A stretch of DNA of 37,763 bases from a virus. The translations under genes and the position numbers were made by a program. The stretch lies in the IMG/VR virus record IMGVR_UViG_3300032190_000013, positions 1-37,763 of that record; one strand, written 5' to 3'. A model generated the notes under the pieces. The model was not told where the DNA came from. It did not search any database and saw only the letters and a program-made list of their open reading frames with translations. Positions 1 to 7,002 of this stretch are shown one piece after another (position 1 is the first letter of the stretch; every line of letters begins with the position of its first letter).

Positions 1-55
1 TTCCAGTATCAGTTCATGTTTTTTGTTACGATAGATTCCTTTTAAATTGTTAAAG
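1..55. repeat. 55-nt terminal direct repeat, identical to 37709..37763 (circular-assembly overlap)
   Basis: Bases 1-55 (ttccagtatc...aattgttaaag) recur exactly as the last 55 bases. Joining them restores a continuous minus-strand ORF in frame. Confidence 0.9.
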
Positions 56-168
56 ACGGTTGCGTGTTCAATTTCCGCTATCTTTTCTGCTAATTTTGGA
101 TAAATCTTGTTCCAATCATAAGGGATCCCGTTGCAATCAGTGAGCCCAACGAAAATCTCTAATCTCAT
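1..168 (-). CDS. N-terminal 56 codons of a 107-aa hypothetical protein (cassette gene A); gene crosses the circular junction and continues at 37708..37553
   Basis: ATG at 168-166 with GGAG 8 nt upstream. Translation is MRLEIFVGLTDCNGIPYDWNKIYPKLAEKIAEIEHATVFNNLKGIYRNKKHELILE. 168 nt + 156 nt = 324 nt, in frame after removing the 55-nt overlap. Confidence 0.7.
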   Translation of the reverse strand, partial: MRLEIFVGLTDCNGIPYDWNKIYPKLAEKIAEIEHATVFNNLKGIYRNKKHELILE

Positions 169-180
169 TTAGGACGCTCC
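155..180. repeat. Inverted repeat IR1, left copy (partner 36979..37004, 24/26 identical)
   Basis: Reverse complement of 155-180 is ggagcgtcctaaatgagattagagat; 36979-37004 is ggagcgtctaaaatgagattagagat. It covers the SD, the ATG and codons 1-5 of gene A. Confidence 0.85.
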
Positions 181-221
181 TTTCATTTACTTTTCAATGA
201 CCTCCCCTTGGCTACGACAAC

Positions 222-251
222 ATTATAGCATAATGCTTTACAATTTGTCAA
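222..251 (-). promoter_or_regulatory. Near-consensus sigma70-type promoter P1 driving cassette gene A
   Basis: Minus strand reads TTGACA (251-246), 18 nt, TGcTATAAT (-10 at 227-222). It lies directly downstream of a terminator and about 55 nt upstream of the gene A ATG. Confidence 0.6.
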
Positions 252-292
252 GCGCTTTGGTTGGAACATTTTTAACACAAAGCAGTTTTTAA

Positions 293-320
293 TTAAAAAA
301 GCCCCATCTCGGGGCTTTTG
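293..320 (-). terminator. Rho-independent terminator after the membrane-protein gene (bidirectional shape)
   Basis: Stem GCCCC/GGGGC (301-305/311-315) with loop atctc. An A6 run at 295-300 gives a U-run on the minus strand; TTTT at 316-319 on the plus strand. Confidence 0.7.
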
Positions 321-375
321 TATAGTTTAGCCACTATATGTAGTATATCACAACTTGTTTCAAATTCAAAAACTC

Positions 376-639
376 TCACAAGTTTTCTTGTCCTTTATCC
401 TTAAAGTACATTTTAAAGAACTGATCTAAGAGGATCATCATTATTACGTCGGCTACAACAAAACCAAAAAGAACCATAAAATAAATGCCTGCTTCTCCTG
501 CGCTTTTCAAAAGTTCTAGTGCTTGCCTGAGCCCTATCCAAAGCCAATACCCAGTTGCAATAAAAGAAACTATTGTTGTTAAAGCTATTAGCATAAATAT
601 AATTGCCAGCAGCATTTCTTTTACCGTCATTTCTTTCAT
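376..639 (-). CDS. Small integral membrane protein (2-3 predicted TM helices), unknown function
   Basis: ORF with ATG at 639 and GGAGG 8 nt upstream. Hydrophobic stretches are LLAIIFMLIALTTIVSFIATGYWLWIG and IYFMVLFGFVVADVIMMILL. Confidence 0.7.
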   Translation of the reverse strand: MKEMTVKEMLLAIIFMLIALTTIVSFIATGYWLWIGLRQALELLKSAGEAGIYFMVLFGFVVADVIMMILLDQFFKMYFKDKGQENL

Positions 640-656
640 TTGCAAAACCTCCCTAC

Positions 657-1088
657 TTATTTCCTCAAAAATTTTGCGAGCTCGAACGCAATATGGTTTA
701 AGGTCCTAAAAGCCTTTACTCTCCAATATCTACGTGCGTTGACGCTTCTTTTCGGCAATCCAACTAACATCTGCCCGATCTCTTCGAGGGTCATCTTCTC
801 CTGGTATCTCCAAAGCCATACCTGCTTTTCATCTTCCGTTAGTTTCTCAAGGGCTTCATCCATCATCTCAAGAACCCTCACGACCTCAGCGTCTCTGAAA
901 ACTTTGGAATTTTGGTCTCTTTCTGGCTTCCCGCAGTAAACTATAAACGAAGTATGGATTAGCATAGTGTCAGCATATCTCTCAAGAAATTCCCTGTGCC
1001 TCCATAATTCGTGAACTTCTTGTTTTACAAGTGTTCTATTCTCAACGACTTTATCTAAAATTTCCCAAATGCTCGGGGTGGATCTCAT
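657..1088 (-). CDS. Late transcriptional activator, sigma-70 region-4-like HTH (ArpU/RinA-type position upstream of the packaging genes)
   Basis: C-terminal LTEDEKQVWLWRYQEKMTLEEIGQMLVGLPKRSVNARRYWRVKAFRTL resembles sigma region 4 / ECF-type HTH. It is the last regulator-like gene before the terminase region. Start is ATG 1088 or GTG 1094. Confidence 0.6.
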   Translation of the reverse strand: MRSTPSIWEILDKVVENRTLVKQEVHELWRHREFLERYADTMLIHTSFIVYCGKPERDQNSKVFRDAEVVRVLEMMDEALEKLTEDEKQVWLWRYQEKMTLEEIGQMLVGLPKRSVNARRYWRVKAFRTLNHIAFELAKFLRK

Positions 1089-1090
1089 GC

Positions 1091-1321
1091 TCACCCACCC
1101 CTTTCTTTTTGCCTCTCTTTCAGGTATAGTGCTTCGACTTCTTCATATGCGTTAATGAGATTCAAAGCTGCATTGATCAACCGGTTGTTAACACCATCCA
1201 GCGGAATTTGCTTTATTTTGCTCTCTATGTTCTTAATCTTTTTTCTCGAACGATAAAGAAGCGAAAAAAGAGGATATACATCAGACAAGGCTTTTGCTGT
1301 GTTTTTCAGCTTCTTTGACAT
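1091..1321 (-). CDS. Small hypothetical protein, paralogue of 1306..1542
   Basis: 76-aa ORF with GGAGG RBS. Shares AKALS-x-Y-x3-SLL-x-R-x-KKI-x-N with the upstream ORF. Confidence 0.6.
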   Translation of the reverse strand: MSKKLKNTAKALSDVYPLFSLLYRSRKKIKNIESKIKQIPLDGVNNRLINAALNLINAYEEVEALYLKERQKERGG

Positions 1322-1542
1322 TTTCCAACCTCCTCAGAGGATTTTTTCTTCTTAAGTTCTTCATAGATCTCCAAAAAATGCAGAGAAGCCCGAAGCTGAG
1401 AAAGCATTCCATACACATATACATTCGCTGGCATTTTCGCCAATTCCGAAACAACATTCTCTATCTTCTTCTTATGCCTGCTTAAGAGCGAGTATGGCTT
1501 GTACGCGATACTAAGCGCTTTTGCGATTTCTTTCTTTGTCAT
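1306..1542 (-). CDS. Small hypothetical protein, paralogue of 1091..1321
   Basis: 78-aa ORF with RBS aagggggataaagaATG. Same N-terminal motif as the downstream neighbour. Confidence 0.6.
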   Translation of the reverse strand: MTKKEIAKALSIAYKPYSLLSRHKKKIENVVSELAKMPANVYVYGMLSQLRASLHFLEIYEELKKKKSSEEVGKCQRS

Positions 1543-1729
1543 TCTTTATCCCCCTTTTCAACTCTTCCTCCTTTACTTCAACTATTTCAATTCTTTTTAG
1601 TTTATGCCTATGTCTAAACCGAAATTTTTCCAGTGCTTGCTCTCTACTTCGTGCCGCTAGCTGATACTCTAACCGCTTTCCCACTGATTTTTGTCGTGCT
1701 ACTATCGTAAAGTTTTTCAACTCGATCAT
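1511..1729 (-). CDS. Small basic hypothetical protein
   Basis: 72-aa ORF with RBS aaaggggactaaaggATG, in the same operon orientation. Confidence 0.5.
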   Translation of the reverse strand: MIELKNFTIVARQKSVGKRLEYQLAARSREQALEKFRFRHRHKLKRIEIVEVKEEELKRGIKNDKERNRKSA

Positions 1730-1746
1730 CCTTTAGTCCCCTTTCC

Positions 1747-2049
1747 CTAGATTTTTGCTTCTTCTAAAAGTTTTTCCTCAAGCCTTTCGAGAATCTGAAC
1801 CGGATCTTCCTTGAGAATTGTGTAACTGAATGTCTTCCACTCCTGGGCGGCAATACGAACAGGATTAGCCTTTATAGCAGTTCCTTGATACTTTCCATCT
1901 AACTTGAAATAGATCCTTTGGAGTATGTTGTCTTTCTCGGTCACAACCTCATAACTGTCATTGCCTTTGTCCAGAACAACGTAAATTTTCTCGGTTCGTC
2001 CGTAAGCTTTATGAACTCCAGAAAAGAAGATAATGAACATTATCATCAC
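1747..2049 (-). CDS. Hypothetical protein with hydrophobic N-terminus
   Basis: 100-aa ORF. Its start overlaps the upstream stop (ATGA at 2046-2049). N-terminus is MMIMFIIFFSGVHKA. Confidence 0.55.
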   Translation of the reverse strand: MMIMFIIFFSGVHKAYGRTEKIYVVLDKGNDSYEVVTEKDNILQRIYFKLDGKYQGTAIKANPVRIAAQEWKTFSYTILKEDPVQILERLEEKLLEEAKI

Positions 2050-2597
2050 CTCATTTCTAGGGCGCCGTTTTTAATTCGGTTTCTAAAATCCTCGAAGTTC
2101 CCATCTACCCATTCGTAGTCATTTTCACTAAGCCAATCTATTAGTTTTTCTCTGGTGTTCTCATCCGTTGGATATACAATTATCTTTTCCTCTTCTTTCT
2201 TTCCGTCGCGATACTCTTTAAGGAAGCCGGGATCTATTAACTTTTCCGCCTCTTCATTCGATATGCAGCCTTTCATAAAGTCTTCTTGCGCTTTGTTTAC
2301 CAATCTTTCGAGGTAACTATGTCTCGGCCTTATCATCTTTACCGTTCGATTGGAAACGAGCCCCCTAACACGAACAAGAACCAACTCTCCCAACACGAAA
2401 ACATATTCTTTGGCAAACATGTGTGGGAACTTATCAAGAACTGTAATCGTGACTATCCCGTCTTCGCGCTTCATATCAGAGACCAAACCATTCTTCTCTA
2501 ATGCTGTATAGAACCTTCCGAACAACATTTTGGTTAACCCTCCTTTGAAAACCAATTCTGTGCCTTCTGGTATCAGGAGTTTGCCTTCTTTCATCAT
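2046..2597 (-). CDS. Hypothetical early protein (183 aa)
   Basis: ORF with RBS gaggaggaatagccaATG. I recognise no family. Confidence 0.6.
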   Translation of the reverse strand: MMKEGKLLIPEGTELVFKGGLTKMLFGRFYTALEKNGLVSDMKREDGIVTITVLDKFPHMFAKEYVFVLGELVLVRVRGLVSNRTVKMIRPRHSYLERLVNKAQEDFMKGCISNEEAEKLIDPGFLKEYRDGKKEEEKIIVYPTDENTREKLIDWLSENDYEWVDGNFEDFRNRIKNGALEMR

Positions 2598-2610
2598 TGG
2601 CTATTCCTCC

Positions 2611-3003
2611 TCAAAACGGTACATCGTCATTTTCGGGTACTTCCGGTGGGATGTATTCGGCTTCAGGCTCTTCAGTGTTTTCGGTCTCAGGGGTCTGCAA
2701 TTTTCCCCTGAGCCTGAAAACCTTACTCGCCACAACGTTCACGAACGTTTTTTCATCTCTGTGGTCGATTTCGAGTCGACCTATCACTAGAACAAGATCT
2801 CCTTTCTGGATCTCGTCTATCCAGGGTTGGTCGCCCCAGGCGATAACCCTGAACCAGTCTGTGCCGCGCTCATTCCCGTCGCGGTCTTTTCCCCTTGAAA
2901 CGGCAAGAGAAAGGGTTCTATATGTCTTTCCATTGGGTGTGTATCTCAGTTCGGGCTCACGTCCTATGTGTCCCATGATGTAGATTTTGTTTAAATACGG
3001 CAT
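2611..3003 (-). CDS. ssb: Single-stranded DNA-binding protein
   Basis: OB-fold-like N-terminus (NKIYIMGHIGREPELRYTPNGK...WFRVIAWG) and an acidic C-terminal tail ending DDVPF (canonical SSB tip D-D-D-I-P-F). Confidence 0.9.
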   Translation of the reverse strand: MPYLNKIYIMGHIGREPELRYTPNGKTYRTLSLAVSRGKDRDGNERGTDWFRVIAWGDQPWIDEIQKGDLVLVIGRLEIDHRDEKTFVNVVASKVFRLRGKLQTPETENTEEPEAEYIPPEVPENDDVPF

Positions 3004-3005
3004 GT

Positions 3006-3551
3006 CTAATCCCCCTTCTTCGTGGAAGGCAAAGCGTTCGCAAGTCCACCTATAAGCTCGCGCAGCTGTTGAGCCTGCGGATTCAGTTCCGGAATTCCTG
3101 AAAGCTTCGCTTTTCTTTCCCTATCGCTGAAGGAGTTATAAATCTTAATAAACTGCGCCCGAATAACGGGTTTCTGATCAACTGTCATCATTTGGAGACT
3201 TTCCCAACCTATCGCTTTGAGCGCTTCTCTTGCTTTCCAGTCATCAAGTTCTGGAGGGCACCAATACCCATCCGCACTATGCAGATGATCCATAACCTTG
3301 TTCCATGCTTCTTCAGCTGTCTCATTAGGAAGAGAATCAATCGCCGCGGATCTAATATCAGCAACTTTCGGAGGGTAATGAGAGGTCTTGACAACGTACT
3401 CAATTGCGCGCTCAAAAGCGTCGTCATCCAGGTCTTTCAACATTCTGTACCACAGCTTGGAAGTCTCTGGATCCTCTACAACATCCGACATTTCCGGGAA
3501 GAATTTCGACAAGGCATACATTCCCGCCGTAAAGGCTTTCTTGCTAAGCAT
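3006..3551 (-). CDS. Putative replicative helicase loader (SPP1 G39P-like)
   Basis: N-terminal pattern FTAGMYALSKFFPEM...WYRMLKDLDDDAFERAIEYVVKTSHYPPKVADI resembles the G39P loader family. It sits between the replication initiator and ssb. ATG 3551 has an aggaaggtga RBS. Confidence 0.5.
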   Translation of the reverse strand: MLSKKAFTAGMYALSKFFPEMSDVVEDPETSKLWYRMLKDLDDDAFERAIEYVVKTSHYPPKVADIRSAAIDSLPNETAEEAWNKVMDHLHSADGYWCPPELDDWKAREALKAIGWESLQMMTVDQKPVIRAQFIKIYNSFSDRERKAKLSGIPELNPQAQQLRELIGGLANALPSTKKGD

Positions 3552-4407
3552 CGTCATCACCTTCCTCAAGAACTGCTCTAAGCCCTGCGTATGCGTGCCT
3601 TTTTCCCTTATTGTTGTAACGCCCTTCAGAAACCTTCAAGAAGTTGGTGGGCTTCATTAGCCAGTCGAAATCTGCAATCCAATCCTTCTTCCGGCCAGCG
3701 AGAAAATCGGAGTCTTCCACTTTCCTGAAGAAGTCTTCCCAGAATGATAGATCTGGATAATCCTTCCATCTCGCTGAAACATATCTCTTCCGGGTTTTAC
3801 TCCACTCTGAAACAGGTTTGATCCTGGGAAGCGAAGGGCATAGTTCGAGGAATAATTCTCTGATTTGCTGGAAAGGCACTTTCTTAGCAGGGTTTGACTG
3901 TCTCACTGACGACTGCCCGTTAGGGCAGTTATTATTATATATATCTAGTTCTTTATCTAGGTCTCTATCTAGTTCTTTATCTTTGGTCTCATTTTCCGTC
4001 TCACTTACCGTCTCACCAACCGTCTCAGGAACCGTCTCACTTATCGTCTCATTTAGTGTCTCACTTTCCGTCTCATTTTCACTCTCATTTTTCGATGTAT
4101 AATGAGACGGTTTAAGTTTTGGCCCTAAGTCATATACAGCGAATTCTTTTTTTGAAGTTCCAGCAACAAAGTTAATAATCCCGAACTGTTGAAGCCTGTT
4201 TCGACAACGGTAAAAAGTTGCCCGTGTCAAACAAGCTTTGTTCGCAATATCCGAAGCCGCAAGTTTTACCTCACCCGAATCGCCAAAACTTAGCCAATAG
4301 TCATTCAAAGAATCAACTATGGCAAAGAATAAGGCGATATCTGACGGTGTCAAAGGTAAATATCTCGCGAGCTTCCAGAATCTGCGAACTATGTCCAGGT
4401 ACGTCAT
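3544..4407 (-). CDS. Replication initiator / replisome organiser (winged-helix N-terminus, acidic repeat linker, conserved C-terminal domain)
   Basis: 287-aa ORF. C-terminal WIADFDWLMKPTNFLKVSEGRYNN is typical of phage replication-organiser proteins. The central (E-T-x-x)n tract is encoded by 12-bp tandem repeats. Confidence 0.65.
   Translation of the reverse strand: MTYLDIVRRFWKLARYLPLTPSDIALFFAIVDSLNDYWLSFGDSGEVKLAASDIANKACLTRATFYRCRNRLQQFGIINFVAGTSKKEFAVYDLGPKLKPSHYTSKNESENETESETLNETISETVPETVGETVSETENETKDKELDRDLDKELDIYNNNCPNGQSSVRQSNPAKKVPFQQIRELFLELCPSLPRIKPVSEWSKTRKRYVSARWKDYPDLSFWEDFFRKVEDSDFLAGRKKDWIADFDWLMKPTNFLKVSEGRYNNKGKRHAYAGLRAVLEEGDDDA
3985..4092. repeat. Nine tandem 12-bp repeats (consensus cGTCTCAnnnnn): iteron-like array inside the replication gene
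   Basis: ggtctcattttc cgtctcacttac cgtctcaccaac cgtctcaggaac cgtctcacttat cgtctcatttag tgtctcactttc cgtctcattttc actctcattttt, read directly from the sequence. Confidence 0.85.
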
Positions 4408-4436
4408 AAGATCACCTCACAGCTTGGTTCCACTAG

Positions 4437-4476
4437 TTAAAAAAGCCCCGCCTGGTGGTCCAGGCCAGGCAGGGGA
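4437..4476 (-). terminator. Rho-independent terminator between recT and the replication gene
   Basis: Minus strand reads cccctgcctgg-loop-ccaggcgggg (10 bp with a 1-nt bulge) followed by cTTTTTT (plus-strand A-run 4439-4444). Confidence 0.6.
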
Positions 4477-4491
4477 GTGTGGGGAGTGATT

Positions 4492-5376
4492 TTATGTCAA
4501 GGGGGCAGGTGACTCCCTTCTAAGGGCTTTGTTTGGGAAAGGCCCTTCTTTGGGTTCTTCTTTTCCCTCTTCAACCGGGGTCTCTCCAACTTCAACAACC
4601 TCAAATTCATTCTCGTTCGGAAAGTCAAGGATGTCGTCCGTTTCGATTTGGGTACGGATCGTCTCGTCCTGTGCAAGACCCCTTTGCGTTTCGATGCTTA
4701 GCGGCAGGAGTTTGCAGAGCTGCTTGAGGACCGTCTTTTTCGCCATATCATCGTAGAAGTTGTTCCAAGGAGAGTAAGGAGAATTTGCAGATGGGCTGAG
4801 CTTCCTATATTTCTCGATCTCAGGGATAGACATAACCTTGAATGCATAACCACCGTCTTTGAATATAGCAACAGCGTAGTAAAGACGAACTTTGCCGCGA
4901 TCGCCGTCAAGGAAAGGCTTATGCCTCAAATATGGGTTGGTTCCATATTCAAATTCGAAGTAGTCCTTTTCATAAACTGCTTCAGCAAAAACCGCTTTGA
5001 TTTCCCCGGAACGCCTAACAAGGTCTAAGGTTCCTTTGTAGCCAATTTCAAACTGGACCTCCATTTTTCCATGATTTTTCCTAGGAATTAACCAGGCATG
5101 GCCTAAGGGAGTGTTTGGTTCTAACCCAAGTTGAGCGCTAGTCATGAGAGCGGCCACAAAACTTTGAGGGGAGCACTCTTGAAGCTCTGGATTCATCCTT
5201 AAAGCTGTTAGCGCTATCCTGGCGATTCTTTCGGCACTCATTCCGTTAGGAAGAGCTCTTTGGATCTGAGATTTCATCTTAGGGTTGTTTAATAGGTCCA
5301 TAATGGTATTGCTTTTCTTTCCGCTCCCTTTTTTAGCTAACTGATTTTTCACTTTTTCGGTTGTCGCCATATTCAT
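4492..5376 (-). CDS. recT: RecT-family single-strand annealing recombinase
   Basis: MKSQIQRALPNGMSAERIARIALTALRMNPELQECSPQSFVAALMTSAQLGLEPNTPLGHAWLIPR matches the RecT N-terminal core. ATGA overlap with the upstream exonuclease gene. Confidence 0.9.
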   Translation of the reverse strand: MNMATTEKVKNQLAKKGSGKKSNTIMDLLNNPKMKSQIQRALPNGMSAERIARIALTALRMNPELQECSPQSFVAALMTSAQLGLEPNTPLGHAWLIPRKNHGKMEVQFEIGYKGTLDLVRRSGEIKAVFAEAVYEKDYFEFEYGTNPYLRHKPFLDGDRGKVRLYYAVAIFKDGGYAFKVMSIPEIEKYRKLSPSANSPYSPWNNFYDDMAKKTVLKQLCKLLPLSIETQRGLAQDETIRTQIETDDILDFPNENEFEVVEVGETPVEEGKEEPKEGPFPNKALRRESPAPLT

Positions 5377-6476
5377 TTCGCCTCCTTGATACTAAACTTT
5401 CTATACTGAGTTTCTTTCGAGTATTCCTCATACAGATCAGGCCGCTCGCTCTTGAGTTTCTTGCTGTCGAGTCTTTTCTGAACGATGGTTTTCCAAACAA
5501 CTTGATATCTGGATGTTCTTCCGGTTTCGAACTCTCCGAGCATTTCCTTGATCTGGTTTTCCCTTAGCCTGATCTCTTCTTCCAGGTCTTTCTTTTGTGT
5601 TTTCAGTTCGTTTAGTTCCTCGATGAGGGTTTCTGCTGTTGGAGGGAGTTGGATCTCTTCAGGGCGGGATTCCGGATAAAGCTGGTTGAGAAGTTTTTCA
5701 GCGTCTTCAGAACCATCAATTTCAGGCGGGATATCCTTTTCAACGTGGTTGAGCCAGAAGTCTTTCTCGCCGTCAATGATCATTTTGCATAGCTCTTCAT
5801 CTTTCTCTACTCGCTTGATCAGCAGCATTTCGTTTCCTACTAAGGCAGCTATATAACCCCAAGATCTGTTTGTAACTATAAAGTAATGCTGAAGCTGGAT
5901 GATGTATTCTTGAGGTATTTCTTCGCCTTCCCATTCCTTCTTCATGTATGGAGACACAAATTTCAGCTCAAGAACACCAAACTCTTTGGTTCTGGGATCG
6001 TAAATATCTCCATCGATATTTCCGACCATCCACGGGTATTCGTTGTGCCTGTAAAACTGGTTGTTGTGGATCAGTTCGTAATCTGAGAGTCTTTTTTTGA
6101 CCATCTGGAATATGGCTTCTTCAACTTCTATTCCTATCTGCATTCTCTCTGTGGGTTCGGGTTGCTCAACCTTTCCGGTTTTCTCCAGGAAGAGCCTGAA
6201 TCTGGACTTGTATCTGGAAATTCCCAGGGCAGCAGCTGCGTCGCTGCCGCCAATGCCTTTTTGCCTTTCTTTAAGCCATTCTTCACGTGTCATTCTTGCT
6301 CGTGATAAAGTCTTTACCTGCTCCATACTGTCGCCCTCTTTCCTTGGAGTTTTGCTGTTGTGATATAATCCCAATAGGAGTGTTTTAGTACTGCTGAAAG
6401 TCTGAGTTTCTTGGTTCTCCTGGTCGCGCAGGGGAACCTTTTTCTTTCCCTCTTTGTTCTCCACTTCATTCCTCAT
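5373..6476 (-). CDS. YqaJ-like (lambda Exo-fold) recombination exonuclease with C-terminal coiled-coil extension
   Basis: The GIGGSDAAAALGISRYKS motif is typical of YqaJ exonucleases, and the gene is paired with recT. An alternative start at ATG 6326 (RBS aagaggg) would remove a 50-aa low-complexity N-terminus. Confidence 0.85.
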   Translation of the reverse strand: MRNEVENKEGKKKVPLRDQENQETQTFSSTKTLLLGLYHNSKTPRKEGDSMEQVKTLSRARMTREEWLKERQKGIGGSDAAAALGISRYKSRFRLFLEKTGKVEQPEPTERMQIGIEVEEAIFQMVKKRLSDYELIHNNQFYRHNEYPWMVGNIDGDIYDPRTKEFGVLELKFVSPYMKKEWEGEEIPQEYIIQLQHYFIVTNRSWGYIAALVGNEMLLIKRVEKDEELCKMIIDGEKDFWLNHVEKDIPPEIDGSEDAEKLLNQLYPESRPEEIQLPPTAETLIEELNELKTQKKDLEEEIRLRENQIKEMLGEFETGRTSRYQVVWKTIVQKRLDSKKLKSERPDLYEEYSKETQYRKFSIKEAK

Positions 6477-6583
6477 CCCCCGCTTTCATATTTGTATGCT
6501 TTGACTATGCCTTTCTCCGCTTCGCTTTTTAGGTAAGTCTTCTCGCCAGGAAGTGCCAAGAGTTTAACAGTACGATCTTTCAC
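6473..6583 (-). CDS. Possible 36-aa coupled ORF
   Basis: GTG 6583 overlaps the upstream stop (GTGA) and has GGAGGG 8 nt upstream. Its stop overlaps ATG 6476 (ATGA). Translation is VKDRTVKLLALPGEKTYLKSEAEKGIVKAYKYESGG. Confidence 0.35.
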   Translation of the reverse strand: MKDRTVKLLALPGEKTYLKSEAEKGIVKAYKYESGG

Positions 6584-7002
6584 GAAACATCCCTCCTTTT
6601 GAATTCCTGAATCCCTATCTCAATAGGGAAGTCAAAGGCCATCTGTTTGCTTACTCGTGGTTTGTAACGTTTGGTATTTACGTCATATGGCATGAGAATC
6701 TGATTCGAAAGCCTGTTAATGTGAGCGATGATAAGAGCTTTATTTAAGACCCGTTCAATTTGCTCATCTTGTGCTTTGTCGATGGCGAGAATCATGTTTA
6801 GGATTCTTTCCAGGACTACTCTTGACCTGCCCGTTGCTTCCTTGATTTCCGTCATTATGTATTCCTTGAGCTGGTCTTCGATTTTTTCCCATTTGTTATA
6901 CTCAGTTAGAATCTTTTTTTGTTGCCAGGACAGGGCTATCGAATCCATGTTCTCTTGAATAAGCCTCACTATCGGGATCCTTCTCATTAGGATTCTGGGC
7001 AT
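6580..7002 (-). CDS. Hypothetical early protein (140 aa)
   Basis: ORF with RBS gaaaggggggcacggcagaATG. Overlaps the upstream ORF by 100 nt in another frame. Confidence 0.55.
   Translation of the reverse strand: MPRILMRRIPIVRLIQENMDSIALSWQQKKILTEYNKWEKIEDQLKEYIMTEIKEATGRSRVVLERILNMILAIDKAQDEQIERVLNKALIIAHINRLSNQILMPYDVNTKRYKPRVSKQMAFDFPIEIGIQEFKRRDVS

Noticed and set aside
1-55. Terminal 55-nt repeat as attL/attR or a physical direct terminal repeat
   Set aside because: It falls inside an ORF that is restored in frame by circularisation. The integrase-adjacent non-coding region is elsewhere (12.3-12.5 kb), and the exact truncation at the window ends points to an assembly overlap.
3985-4092. 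Tandem 12-bp repeats considered as a CRISPR-like or minisatellite array
   Set aside because: The units are contiguous with no spacers, far shorter than CRISPR repeats, and lie in frame within a coding region. Iterons or a coding linker is the better explanation.
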